Shown: piece by piece, positions 1 through 16,552 of the stretch
How the letters are laid out: the number at the start of each line of letters is the position of its first letter
Numbering within the stretch: the stretch's first letter is position 1
Assembly (NCBI RefSeq): GCF_009914755.1
Contig: NC_060927.1
Strand: one strand, 5' to 3'
Origin: the human T2T-CHM13v2.0 reference genome, Homo sapiens
Length of the DNA: 64,000 bases
Notes under the pieces: generated by a model
Databases searched by the model: none
What the model was told of the DNA's origin: nothing
Seen by the model: the letters and a program-made list of their open reading frames with translations, nothing else
Translations under genes and position numbers: made by a program

Positions 1-832
1 TGTTATTACTCTCATGACACTATAAACACAAATCAATTACGAGTATTCAAGATTTGTTTGTAGTTCTTTTTTTCGCCCCTTTGGATGAAAGGTATATAGA
101 TAAAGTAGAGAACTAAGTTATTTGAATAGTTATCTTTTTTTCCCATTTAGTGTGCTTAAATTTATCTAAAACACTCTTATGTTCATTTTTTTCTGTTTGT
201 ACTTGGTTTTAGTGTTTTCTTTCTCATGCTCGTTGATTTAATTTTGTTTTGAATATGTAGATCATTATGATAATTCTATATGTCAAAACATTACAAAAAC
301 AATGTGCTCAGAAAAGTGTCACATTCTCCCTTATTCTTTATACACCCCTGTAGGTGAGCAATTTTATTATTTTTTGGTTTATCCTTTCAATGTTTCTTTT
401 AGGAAAAATGACTTTTTTTCTTCTTTCTCATGCACAATATATACAGAAGTAATATGTATGCTTCTATTTTTATTCAAATAGCATGTATGCTACCAATATT
501 CTCTTGTATTTTTACTTTTTATGGTTATCAACATATTTTAGAAATTACTCTGTATTATTTCATGTATTCTTACCCTCACTTTTGAATGACAGTTTAATTA
601 AAACTGTTGATTCAAGTTGTGAACTCCTTTATTAGTTTTTGGAAGCTGTTGGTGCTGATGAGAAGTCGGCCATCAAATAACGGTTGTTAGTTGTAGAATT
701 TGGCCTTTCTCTTTGTCCTTGAAGTTTTTCAGATTCATCAAGATGGGCTGCTGTATAGATTTGGTGTAGATTTTTCTTTATTAATTCATGTTGGCGTTTG
801 GAGTTTTTTTTAATTCTGAGGAATTATTTTCC

Positions 833-1136
833 TTTTTTTTTTTTTTTTTTTTTTTTGACGTGGAGTCTCGCTCTGTCACCCAGGCTGGAGTGCAGTGGCG
901 CGATCTGCGCTCATTGCAAGCTCTGCCTCCAGGTTTCGCGCCATTTTCCTGCCTCAGCTTCTTGAGTAGCTGGGACTACAGGCGCCCGCCACTACGCCCG
1001 GCTAATTTTTTGTATTTTTAGTAGAGATGGGGTTTCACCGTGTTAGCCAGGATGGTCTCGATCTCCTGACCTCGTGATCTGCCCGCGTCGGCCTCCCAAG
1101 TGCTGGGATTACAGGTGTGAGCCACCGCGCCCGGCC
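833..1136 (-). mobile_element. AluY-family SINE, full length
   Basis: Poly-T at 833-856, then reverse-complement Alu ending GCCACCGCGCCCGGCC. AluY diagnostics present (TTAGCCAGGATGGTCTCGATCTCCTGACCTCGTGATC) and CpGs retained. Approximate TSD GAATT(A/G)TTTTC at 821-831 and 1139-1149. Confidence 0.95.
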
Positions 1137-1230
1137 CAGAATTGTTTTCTTTTTTACGTTTGGAAACTCTTTCTGGAACTCATATTAGATGTAGGTTAGA
1201 GCATCTTAGTTTATTCTCTATGCTTCTTAA

Positions 1231-1702
<472 letters not shown>

Positions 1703-1717
1703 CAGCCTACCCCTTAA

Positions 1718-2136
<419 letters not shown>

Positions 2137-2654
2137 TGAGTAGATGGGCCCATTGTCAGTCAGCCAAATTATTTTTGTCTCTTTTTTCTCCCTGGTCAGT
2201 ATTTTGCATTTCTCTAGGCACTTGAAACTATCTCCCCCTATCCCCAGTTCTGAGTCTGATTTTATAATGGCATTCTGGGGCTTTAGATTTGTGGTGATTT
2301 TAGAGAAAATTAGTTGCCTTGGTCAGTTCCACATCAGGGTGTATTTTTACAGTCCCACTTCCTTAGCCCACAGTTCCCATCAACTGTATCTTCAGGGATA
2401 AAATTGGCAACTTTTTAATTTTCTGCTCCCTTTTATGCACGGGGATAACCCCATACTTAGCAAATCCCTATCTTCAAGCAGTCAGCCTAGTTTTGTTCAC
2501 CTGTCTTGCATGGAACACTTTTCTTCCATTATTCTATACCTGCCACTTCTGGTTTCTCTCTCCAAAGGCGCTCAGGTTCTTTGTTTCAACTCCCCTTCCC
2601 AATATATACTTTTTTTCTCTTTATGAATATAACAACATATTTATTTTCTTCAAC

Positions 2655-2770
2655 CCCAATTTTCAGGTGAGGATATTAAAATATTAAGATGAAACGACTT
2701 GTCTCAAGCCACATAGTTAATATGTGGAAGGGCTGGGACTCATATCCAGGTATACTTGGCCTGAGATTTC
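2655..2770 (-). mobile_element. MIR fragment
   Basis: CCCAATTTTCAGGTGAGGA...GACTTGTCTCAAGCCACATAG...GGGCTGGGACTCATATCCAGG resembles the MIR core. Confidence 0.6.
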
Positions 2771-2904
2771 ATATTTTTAGTAGCTCCAAGCGGCCTTCTG
2801 GTTGGCTTTTGTTTGTCCATTAAGCATTTTTTCTAAACATCTAATAGGTTTGGACTTTCTTTTCTAATTTAGACTGTAAAAAAGAGCGCTTTTCCTCACA
2901 AATG

Positions 2905-3067
2905 CATAATGATATGGTGAAATGAACACTGGGCTGTAAGTAAAATTACCAGAGTTTGGTTCCTGGCTTGGAAATTAGTTGTCTCTGGCCCTCAGTTTTA
3001 TCTTCTAAAACATTAAGTGGTTTGACTTAGATGGGCTCTAAGTTCCCTTGCAGTTCTAATGATCTGT
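2905..3067 (+). mobile_element. MIR (MIRc/MIR3-like) fragment
   Basis: CTCTGGCCCTCAGTTTTATCTTCTAAAA core and CTCTAAGTTCCCTTGCAGTTCTAATGATCTGT 3' end. Confidence 0.6.
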
Positions 3068-3514
3068 AAGTGCACCTTTAGTATGCTCCATTCTCAGCAA
3101 GCTGTATTTTGCTGATTGAATATCATCTTTTAAAAATATGTGTATTATCTGTCACTGAGACTGTTTTTTTTTTTACAAAAAAATACTTGTATAAAAACAG
3201 AATGGGCTCATCGCCATGAGCAGATGGTTAGTAAGTAGTTTAATGGTTCCATATGGAACACTGTTGTTAAGCCCTGGGCTTAATGGTCTCTCCTTCCCCC
3301 TTTTTAAATTCATAGATCATTACTGGGAGTGATAAGATAATGTAACTAAAAAAAACATGCCCAGTAATTTCCAGGAAGATACTAATGGGCCACCTAGGCA
3401 AATGTATCACTGTTTATACTGGAAATGACAGATGAATACCCAAACTCTCAAATAAATAGCTAAATATTGTCATTTATTGAGTCAGATTTGAAAAGAAGTT
3501 ATAGCATTATATGC

Positions 3515-3546
3515 AGAAAATTGGGCAAACACTTCACAAAAGAATA

Positions 3547-3578
<32 letters not shown>

Positions 3579-4290
3579 GCCAATAAGCACATGAGAAAGT
3601 GCTTATTGAAAATAAAAACCACAATAAGATAAATTATAAATGGCTAAAATCAAGAAGACAGACAACATTAAATGCCAGTGATGATATGGAGCAAGTGGAA
3701 CTTTCCTACATTGCTGTTCTGAGTGAAAATGCTGCATAACTATGGGAGAGTGTTCCGCAGTTTTTTAAAGTTCAGCAATTATGTACTCCATGGCTGTTCC
3801 ACTTCTAGGAATTTACTCAAGATGTATGAAAATATAAATCCACAAAAGATTTAAACAGCAATGTTTATGGTATATTATTAATTCAACGTCATATTACTTA
3901 GCCTTTAAAAATAATGAACTACTTTTACACATAACAACGTGGATCTCAAAAACATCATATTAACTGAATGAAGCCAGATTCAACAAAAATACACACTTTC
4001 TGTATTTTTGCCTATACTAACTAACTAATAGTTAGGCAACTAATAGTTAGTTAGTTTGCCTAACTAACAGTTAGGCAAAACTAACTATGGGGATAGAAAT
4101 CAGAAATTTGTTGCCTCTTTAGAAAAGATTGAGTGGAAAAAGACACAAGGAATTTTTGGGGTGATAAAGATATTCAATATTTTGTTGCGGGAATGATTAT
4201 ATAGGTGTACAAAATTGTCAAAATTCATTGAACTCAACACTTAACAATTTGTGCATTTTACTGTATGTTAATTATACCTAAACTAAAGAG
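3515..4290 (+). mobile_element. Old L1 (L1MC/L1ME-like) 3' end
   Basis: Degenerate ORF2 C-terminal and 3'UTR motifs (CAATAAGCACATGAGAAAG, GGAGCAAGTGGAACTT, GGCAAAACTAACTATGG, TTTGTGCATTTTACTGTATGT). Confidence 0.8.
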
Positions 4291-4603
4291 AAATTGATAT
4301 ATTCCACCCTTTTAATCCAGTCAGAGATTGTATTTATTGATTGGAAATATTCACACTTCACACCTTTTAGGCACTCAGTATAGATTAGATTTTTATTAAT
4401 CTGCTTTGAAATACAATGAGTTCCTTTCTTACCAGATATTTTCTTTTAGTTGGAGAATTGAGAAATTGCACTGTTAGCTTTGCATTTGTACAGAAACCAG
4501 TGTATGGTGGCTTAAACTTAATATAGTTTACCTGAAGTATAAAGTCAGTGCTTCTTCCAAACAAAGATGATCATGTAGCCATTTACCAATTACTGTGCTT
4601 TGA

Positions 4604-5096
<493 letters not shown>

Positions 5097-5344
5097 AAAA
5101 ACCCTTTTCTTAAAAATGTGTTTCTATAGTTAAAATGTCCTGAAGATGCAGTCTGTATTTCTTATACATCTTCTACTGAATGAGCGAAGGAAGGTAGACC
5201 TGGAATTGCCAATGAAATTTCTTACCCATAGCTAGACTGCAGTCTAAATTGTTTTGTCTTATTAAGTACTGTAAGCTCTTTTCTCTTGTCATGAATTCAG
5301 GGTTATGAAGAAAAATAATCTTTTGATAATAGATATATTATGCT

Positions 5345-5580
5345 TTATTATGTAATTAGGAACCCATGGCTCTGAATTCAGGCAGACTTATGTTTAAATA
5401 CATTGGCTCCACCACACACTAGCTGTGCTACCTTAAACAAGTTTTCAGTGTTTCTGAGTCTATGTCTTTATTTAACTTTGTACAATAATAATGTAACAAT
5501 AATGTCTACCTCAAGGGTTTTGTGTTATGACTTAAGTAAAGCAATAGTGTGGTGTTTGGCATGGGTAGGTCACCATAACT
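5345..5580 (+). mobile_element. MIR
   Basis: GGCTCTGAATTCAGGCAGAC...CTAGCTGTGCTACCTTAAACAAG...TCTACCTCAAGGGTTTTGTG. Confidence 0.7.
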
Positions 5581-5587
5581 GTCATCG

Positions 5588-6018
5588 TGTCTCAGTCTGT
5601 TTACATTGCTATTGAGGGAATACTTTAGGCTGGATAATTTATAAAGAAAAGAGGTTTATTGGGCTCATGGTTCTGCAGATGGTATAAGAAGCATAGTGCT
5701 CACATCGCATCTGCTTCTGGTGAGGGCCTCAGGAAGCTTCCAATTATGGCAGAAAAGGAAAGGGAGCAGGAATGTCACATAGCAAGGGAGGGAGCAAAAG
5801 GAAGAGAGGAGGAAGGTGCCAGCCTCCTTTTAATAGCTAGATCTCATTGGAACTAATACAGTGAGAACTCACTCTTTATGGCAAGTAGGGAGGCAAGCCA
5901 TTCATGAGGGATCTGCCCACATGACCCCGACACCTCCCACCAGGTGTTCCCCACCTCCAACATTGGGGAACAAATTTCAACATGAAATTTAGAAGGGACA
6001 AATATCCAAACTATGTCA
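5588..6018 (-). mobile_element. MaLR solo LTR (MSTB-like)
   Basis: TG...CA termini, TAATTTATAAAGAAAAGAGGTTTA and GAGGGCCTCAGGAAGCTT motifs. 5-bp TSD CATCG/CATCA (consistent with CpG decay). Confidence 0.9.
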
Positions 6019-7429
6019 CATCATGAAGCTTCACTGTTACCACTTGCTTACTTGATTGTTATCACCCTCTAAATTGGAAGCCCCTCAAGAATAGAGACCA
6101 TGGCTTCTATATCCATATTTTAACCTGCACCCAGAATAGTTTCACAATAAATGCTGAATAAATGATTTTACTTTTTCATTTTTGTGGTGTTTTCTCATTG
6201 TTTATGCAATATTAACATATACTACTAATAATTAAAAACAGAAGTATTTTAAACACACACACACAAATATGCACACTCATAATTAATTAAACAAGATTCC
6301 TGGTCTTGAAAATATTTTTGTTTCTCTTGGCTTTGATTGACACTCTGCACTCCCCATATCCCAGTAGTACAACATGCAATTACTACAGTGAAAAACTAAA
6401 TCATTCAATCTTTATTGGCTTTCTGGACATAAACTCAGTCTTCTAAGCACATGTTTAAGATCTCATCTATGAGGCCAAAAGGTTTAAATATGGAACAGTA
6501 AGCATTTTCCGAGGCATTCATCTGACTCGTAACCAAGTACTACCTGTGTTAATGCTTCACTTGTTTGTGGATGCCTTTTCCTGCCATCAAGATAATAAAT
6601 GCTTTGTACCTGATACTTTTTTGTGCCCTCCCTCCAAATTCCAACACCTGATGTGGTTGGATGCACGTTGTATAGCTAAATAGATATCTGTTGAATGAAC
6701 GAATAAATGAGAAAATTTATTGCACAGTTCTAGTCAGTATATAATGAAGGGCTACATTATATGGCAATGGACAAGACTGTAAGAGCTAGAAAAGATGTTG
6801 AAAGTTATCTAGTTCAAACTTCTTTTAAGTTTGGACAGCGAAACAGAAATCATGCTGGATCTTTAAATAGAGTGAGTTTTAATATCGGGAATTTGTCATT
6901 TCTGTGACAGAAATGCTGAAAAACCAAACAGAGAATAGTAAGGCAACCCAGAGAACAAAGACCACTCCTCAACTGGAGGGACTGGAGGGAGGTATTGCTT
7001 CCAGAGTTCAGAAGCTGGGACTATCCACAGTAGCTGAAGCCATAGAAGAGACATAGCCATTACTGCAGACACTGCAAAAATACACAGAAATAGGAAAAGT
7101 AAAATACTGGCTTGTCTTTCTTTTCTTGAATCTTTTTTCCTGCTTTCCTGGAGCCAAACCTACCCAAAAGCTAGAGGGCAAGGGAACCTTATTCCCTTGT
7201 AGTGATACAGAGAGGAAAAGGGAAGGGAGAGGATGGATCTGAGAGCAAACTGGCAGTTGACCAGCATAGGTTCCTAAAGAAAGGTGGGCATGGGCTAAGT
7301 CTGGAAGAATAAGTTGAATTTTGAAACTTGGAGGTGCAAGAATGAGGCATTTGGGAAAATGGGACCTAAAAGATAAAAAACAAGGAGGTATGAGGTATAT
7401 TGATGCAGTGTGGGGAGGCCATCCTGGGT

Positions 7430-8130
7430 TGATTAGGAAGTACATATTGAATAGCACTGGGATTAACTAGGTAAACTGGGTTAGGTCATGATCTGGTATG
7501 CTAGTGGAGGAGTGACATGAGAAAATGGTATTGAAGGAAGAATGTTTGGCAGTGGCATGCAGGGTAGATTTGAGTGAGAAGAGACCAGAGGCAGGAAAGC
7601 CACAAAGGAAGCTACTGAGATAAGTTACACGTGGGCCAGCTAGAGTCTTGTCAAGGGATTGGCAGCAGGTGTAGAGATGAATATTTCTCTTTATAGAAGA
7701 TGAAGGTAAAGAATTGGTTAAAAATGATGTCATTTATTTTCAGTCTGGATAATTAGAAGAATAATTGTGATTGAAACGGGCTGGTGACTGAAGATGATAG
7801 CAAAATATGAATGGACAAATCAAGGAAAATGAAGATATACCACTGAAGCTTGTTTGAAAAGATAGATGTGGTGATGCAGCTTTGAAGGTCATCAGTAGGC
7901 CATGAGAATGAATGAGGAAAAAATGCGTGGGGAGAGGGATTGTTGAGAGAACCAAGGACTAACCTTGGGTAATGTCTTAGAAGAGCCAAGAGGCAGAAGG
8001 AGAAAGAGGCACAAGTGAAAGGGACCGAGGAGCAGTCAAAGAGGCAGAAAGATGGGTAGAGTTTCAAGACAGAAAGTGAAAAGGCAAGTCAGGGCAGGAT
8101 GAGGAGTCAGTATTATGCAGGTAATGGAAA
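7430..8130 (-). mobile_element. L2 fragment
   Basis: Purine-rich degenerate L2 motifs (GAAGAGACCAGAGGCAGGAAAGCC, GAGAGAACCAAGGACTAACCTTGG). Confidence 0.6.
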
Positions 8131-10574
8131 TATGGTCCAATTGGCAAGGTATAGTTACATGATGAACAATCTGAAATTCATGCTTGAATGAAAGAATAGA
8201 AGAAAAAAAGTATGGTCACAAGTATTAAATGATAGAGAAAAGTTGATAAAAATACAGACCAAGAAAACACCTTACATGGTTCACTTTGGATCATTAAGTA
8301 GCAAAGATTACCTCTCTATTCTGAATTTTCCTTATAATGTAATGATGTATTTCTTTCTGTTAAAAAATAAACCAAACATATGCACATACACTTACTATAT
8401 CTTCTCTTCCATGATTTCTTTCCTTGTTAAAACTATATGTCACAATTTATAGCATGTCGTAGTACCTCTATGGTGTTGCATATTTTTTAGGTTCCTTTGG
8501 TTATAATTCTGTATTGATGAAACTTTTTTTTGCAGTGTTATTTAACTGTCTTTGGAGGTTGGAATTTGCCTGGGATTCATCGAGATTTAGCTCAGCTCTG
8601 TTTTGCCATCAAAAGAGATTCTAGACGAGGCTAAACTCACTAAGGAAGAGTTGGGGGTTATTTGATAATAAGCCATCTACCTGGCTTCAGCTTAGTGGAC
8701 AACATTGGACTTGTTGTCTGAGGTGGAACAAGATATATCTGAGGTCTATCTTGCTGAGGTGGAAACTATCAGTGGCTAGTGATAAGAGAGGGACACACAA
8801 GGTGAAAACATAAGAGGGTGTGTGTCTTCAACGTGTAAAGATGACCTGGAGGTAAGCATGTACCCTGGAAATGCAGCTATTTGAAATGAGAAAACCTGGG
8901 TCCTTGCCTGGCTTTGCCATCTCTTGCCTGCATGATTTTGAACAGATCATTCAATTAACCTCTCTGGGCCTTACATGACCCTTGGGAAGATTAACCAAGA
9001 GGACAAGATGAAAGTGTGGAGCATGCTGCTTGGCTCTATGTAGGTGTTCTTGACTGTTTTTCTTTACTATGCTTTATCTAGGAAGACAAAAACTTAAAAG
9101 AATGGTTAGGCATCTTGTCAGAAGCAAGACAAGTTGGTAAGTCCTATCTCCCAACTCTTGAAGGCTATAGGCAGTCTTCTGGGCTTTATCTGCATACATG
9201 CCTGTTAATGGAGTCCCTCACAACGGATGCCAAGTCCAAGTCAAGATTTGTGACATCTTACACTTGAGCAACCGAGACAGGTACTCTCAGGTGTCCTGCC
9301 ACTCACTCTAATTTGGTTTGACTGATTCTGTTTCAAACTTTACAATTTACCTTGAATTTCTCGAGCTCAGAAGGTAAATTCCAGTGGTTAGAACATTCAT
9401 AAATGCAGCTGTAGCAGCCATAACCTGTAACTGACACTTTAAAAGGCCAGCAATTGATTCCAAGCATAGCGGAATATTTGACTGCTGATAATATCCCTGC
9501 TACATTTACTCATGCACACTCAAGAACGTACATTCACACACACACACAGCAGATATTTCCCTGTGTTTGTGCTATGTCACATGCACAAGAGATTTTGTTT
9601 TTTACCTGAAGGAAGAGAAATGGTATTTGGGTGGGGTCAGAGCCTAGGAAAAAGCAGGACAAGAAAAAGGGAGAAGATGGCACGGCTCATTTCTCATATT
9701 TTTCCATTGACTGGGATTGAGTGCTATAATTAGTGGGGGCTGTGGGTGGGGGCTGGGTGTGGAAGCTGGCAGGCCTGTTTAAAAAATATTTTGTGAGATT
9801 CTTGGCACAAGCATAACCGCTGGGGCCCAGGTGACCAAGGGTGACACTGAGCTGGGGAGGTGGGGCTTCTCATTGATACTGCATGGAAGCCAGCACATCC
9901 TTGGGGCCAGAGGCCTGGAAACTTTGACCACTCTGGCATAGGGATTCGGCTGCTAATGATGGGTGGAGCAGCTGTGGTGAGGCTTCTCCTGGGGGGTTTG
10001 TGGGCAACAGAGAAGACCTAGCAGAACCCAGAGAAGGAAAGGGAGGGGCAGGGAAGATGCCTTATGCATACTCTATCTGATCGACTGGTCCTTGGGCCTG
10101 TCACGCCATCTACCCAAGGGACCCCAGGAACCACTGGAGCAGGGAAGGGTTAGGTGACTTTAATTTTAATACCAGCTTTGTCATGAACTTACTTTGTTGC
10201 CTTGGGCAGATCATCCTTCCCTCTCTAGATCTGTTTTCCTATCTGGAAAATGAGGATTTGGGATTGGGTCTCAAAGGTTCCTCCTAGGTCTAACAGAATT
10301 AACCTCCCAATTGTATTAATCTGTTGTCAGTTAATCAAACAAAATATTTTCCTAGTGCCTATATCAAGTTTCTACTGCCAAATTCTAGAGATGGAATTAT
10401 AAGTATATGTTGCCTGTGATGCTTGTCAGGTCCAGGTTCAAAACCCATTTTTGTCATTCACTGGCTGTTAATTTTCTTTATCTCTTCATAGATAAAGAAA
10501 TTTTAATTTTCAGCTTCTTCATAGGAACACTGAGGATAGTAACACCTCCTGTTAGGGTTATTAAAAACAAAATG

Positions 10575-10882
<308 letters not shown>

Positions 10883-12106
10883 TCAGTGAATATTGCCAAC
10901 AATTATTTTATTATAAATTAGATATTCTAATAATGGACACTATTAACCTATACATAAAAATGTGGCTTTATAAAGTACCAATAGAAATACCAATACGTAT
11001 GAGCTTGTCAAGGGGTCTTACTGAATTAAGAAACTTTCTGCTCAATATATATTCTATCATAAAAATAAGGAGCCATCCTTTGAGAATGCCCTGTTCTTTA
11101 GCTGTTTCATTACTCAGGCTTGCCTCAGAATTCCACTCAGCTTGTCATTCCTCATGTTTCTTTTCCTCTGACAAGAAACTGAGAAAGTCCAAGGATCTTT
11201 TCCATGTATGCAACTTAAAGATTTCAACCTAATTAAAGTAACTTTGCTTAATTAGGTTAAATATAACTTCTTTTATTCTGAATCAGAATCTAGAGAAAGC
11301 TATTCATTAACTAAGCTTTCTGTCTCTCACTATGCGTTTCTCTCAGAACTGCCATCTCTCCTCCACCCTCCACTTGGAACACTGTTATGTGGCCTAAATG
11401 GATGCTGGTCTTGTAAACCTATGTTTCCTGTGTAGTATCTAGATACAGCCCATTATCTGACATCATGCGTAAGAGGAAACTTCCTAAGTCCACACAGTTG
11501 CTACAAATAGTTACGCAACACTTGACCTTACCCAAATGTTTCAGGAGAGACTTCGCACCCCCAAAGGAAGCCAACCATATTTTTGTCATTTCTCTTGCCC
11601 CAGAAATAGTAGATGCTTGATAAAACATGTTAAATTACAGTAACAGACAATAAGTGCACATGCTTTACCAAGAATAGTTGCAAACATTTTCTCATATGAT
11701 CCTTGCAGCAGTCCTCTAAGAAAAATATGATTGTGCTGTTTAACAAATGAGGACACGTAGATTGAGTGATTTTATCCAAGTTACATGAATCATAAACTAG
11801 TAAAGCCTTGCCTTGACTCTAAAAACAAAACAAAAGCGAAAAGCAAGTACCGGGCTCTGTTACCAAGTGGGGCATAGGTACATTACGGTCCTATAGGTGG
11901 GGTGAGGTGAAGGATACTCAATGCCTGAAGGTGTGTCAGTCTGTCAATGAGCTATTCAGCTGTAAGCTATCCCCACAATTCATAGACATGCAATTCACAT
12001 CTCATAGTATTTGCAAGACATGCAATTCATATCTCATAGTATTGGAAAACAAAAGGGAAAGATGGCTGGCGGTGGATACACATTTTCATTAATGTTTGGA
12101 TTCCTC

Positions 12107-12133
12107 GTGTCTGTGTGTGTGTGCATGTGTGTG

Positions 12134-12164
<31 letters not shown>
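12107..12164. repeat. (TG)n microsatellite, interrupted
   Basis: Visible dinucleotide run. Confidence 0.97.
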
Positions 12165-12591
12165 ATTATGGAGTTCCAGTAGCTGAATGTTGCAGCTAGA
12201 CCAATGTTTGCTTCCCTAACAGGAGATAGCTGTTGCTGTCTGGTTCATTCTTTCCTGGGAGAGTCCTAATTAATATATGTTCCTCTCTTAACATGAGCTA
12301 ATAACTAACTCCTCAGCCTAATCAAGAAGTATTTGAAGCAAATATACTGAGATTACAACTTTCCTTCCAGTTGAAGGATGACATCAGCAGCTTTATAGTG
12401 GAAACACTTTAACTTCTCAGGAATAAGTGACCTGATCCATAATGAAAAGTTCAAAGGCACAAATATTGTTACCGTTAGGAAATTAATTGAAGATTAAAAT
12501 CCATTTACACTTGAGGATATGGATGTATTTCATTCATTTTGCTTTCAATAAAATAAGAGTCATAAAATCATGAAATTAAGTGTTCAATCAC

Positions 12592-13044
12592 TGTATTAGT
12601 CAGGGTTCTCTAGAGGGACAGGACTAACAGGATAGATGTATATATGAAAGGGAATTTATTAAGGAGTGCTGACTCACACCATCGCAAGATGAAGTCCCAC
12701 AATAGGCCATCTGCAAGCTGAGGAGCAACGAAGTCAGTCTGAGTCCCAAAACCTCAAAAGCAGGGAAGCCGACAGTGCAGCCTTCAGCCTGTGTCTGAAG
12801 GCCTGAGAGCCCCTGGCAAACCACTAGTGTAGGTCAAAGGGTCCAAAAGCTGAAGAACTAGGAGTCTGATGTTCAAGGGCAAGAAGCATCCAGCACAGGA
12901 GAAAGGTGGAGGCCAGAAGGCTCAGCCAGTCTAGTCCTTCCACATTCCTCTGCCTGCTTTTATCCTAGCTGTGCTGGCAGCTGATTAGATGGTGCCCACC
13001 CAGATTGAGGGTGGGTCTTCTTCTCCCAGTCCACTGATTCAAAT
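12592..13044 (-). mobile_element. ERVL LTR MLT2A2-like, truncated
   Basis: Starts TGTATTAGTCAGGGTTCTCTAGAGGGACAG and contains AAAAGCTGAAGAACTAGGAGTCTGATGTTC and GGCAGCTGATTAGATGGTGCCCACCCAGATT. It stops at the Alu tail and does not resume. Confidence 0.88.
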
Positions 13045-13215
13045 TTTTTTTTTTTTTGAGATAGGGTCTCACTCTCTTTCCCAGGCTCCCAGGCTGCACT
13101 GCAGTGGCACAATCAAAGCTCATTGCATCCTGGAGCTTCTGGGCTCAAGCAATCCTCCCTCCTCAGCCTCCCCAAAATTCTGGGACTGCAGGCATGTGCC
13201 ACCACACCCGGCTAA
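13044..13215 (-). mobile_element. AluJ right arm
   Basis: J-type diagnostics (GAGATAGGGTCTCACTCT, GGGCTCAAGCAATCCTCC). Left arm absent. Confidence 0.85.
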
Positions 13216-15227
<2,012 letters not shown>

Positions 15228-15659
15228 ATTCATAGTCATTCTTGACCTTGACCTCAAATGTCGGGGTTACTTCCAAAAATACTATTAACTGTTTATTTCA
15301 GTTACTTACAAATGTAATTAAACTTATAATAAAACATCTATATCTATATATTTTCACCCCATTTCCTATATCCAATCTACATTCAGAGAGCATTTGTGAT
15401 CCATGTGTGAGAGGAGGGGAAGAGAGAAATAAAAGACTTTGAAAATCGTCTCAAGTAGTGAAAAAAGGTTTGCACTTGAATTAGGAGGTCAAATTAACAT
15501 CTGTTGCTGTGAAAATTGAGTAAGTAATATATCTTTTTCGTACATCAAACTTTTTAAAAAAGCAAGTTATTAGATTAAATTACCAATGAAGTCACTCCAA
15601 GCCCTAATGCTCTTCCTCTGTTTCTCTCCCTCTCTGTCAGATATATGTGTATCTATTGA

Positions 15660-15660
<1 letters not shown>

Positions 15661-15702
<42 letters not shown>
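15661..15702. repeat. (ATCT)n / GATA tetranucleotide STR
   Basis: About 10 perfect ATCT units. Confidence 0.97.
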
Positions 15703-16142
15703 GTATCATCTGTCTATTAATACCTTTTTACAAAAGGCACAACTAAGGCATTTGTTTTAGGATTTTTTTCATCTGTGTTCTTAAGTCCAATTGAATGATT
15801 ACAGGACTAACAGTCTATAGTTTGATATCAGGATTTTCTACTGTTACAGAATCAAATGGGAAGCTGTCCATCAAAAAACACTGTGGAATGTTTTCTTAAA
15901 AATTTAATAGAATTCATCTGTAGAATCACATGGGATTCATTTAACAGAAATACTCTGATTATTTTTTCAATCTTCTCTTCTGACTACTGGCTATTCTGGT
16001 TTTTCAAGATTCTTCTGTAGTCTATTTTGTATCTTTACTAAAACTAAGACATATTATCCAATTTGTCTAGATTTTCAAATTTACTGGCATAACTTATAAA
16101 CAATGTTCTCTCTTAACATTTTCAAAATCTGTTCCATATTGG

Positions 16143-16552
16143 TATTTTAGTCTATTTTCCACTGCTTATCATGAAATATCTGGAACTGGGTTATTGATAA
16201 GAAATTTATTTCTTACAGCTATGGAGGCTGAGAAGTCCAGTGTCAAGGAACCACATCTGGTGAGGCCCTCCTTGCTGGTGGGGACTCTGCAGAGTCCCAA
16301 GGCTATACAGAGCATCACATGGTGGGGAGGCTGAGCAAGCTAGTTCATGTCTCTCTTCCTCTTCTTATAAAGCCACCAGTCCCATTATCATGATAATGCA
16401 CTAACCCATTAACCTATTATTTCATCAATTCATGAATGGACTAATCCTTGATAATCAAATCACCTTTTAAAGGTCCCACCTTTCAATACTGCCCCATTGG
16501 GAAATAAGTTTCAACATGAGTTTTGGAGGGGACAAACATTTAAACCATAGCA
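16143..16552 (-). mobile_element. MaLR solo LTR (MSTC-like) within old L1M sequence
   Basis: GGAGGCTGAGAAGTCC, GCTGGTGGGGACTCTGCAGAGTCCC and TTTCAACATGAGTTTTGGAGGGGACAAACATTTAAACCATAGCA. Confidence 0.85.

Noticed and set aside
8536-8851. Possible plus-strand exon (TTTTTTTTGCAG ... GAG|GTAAGC)
   Set aside because: Isolated, long, with an ambiguous acceptor. Such pairs arise by chance.
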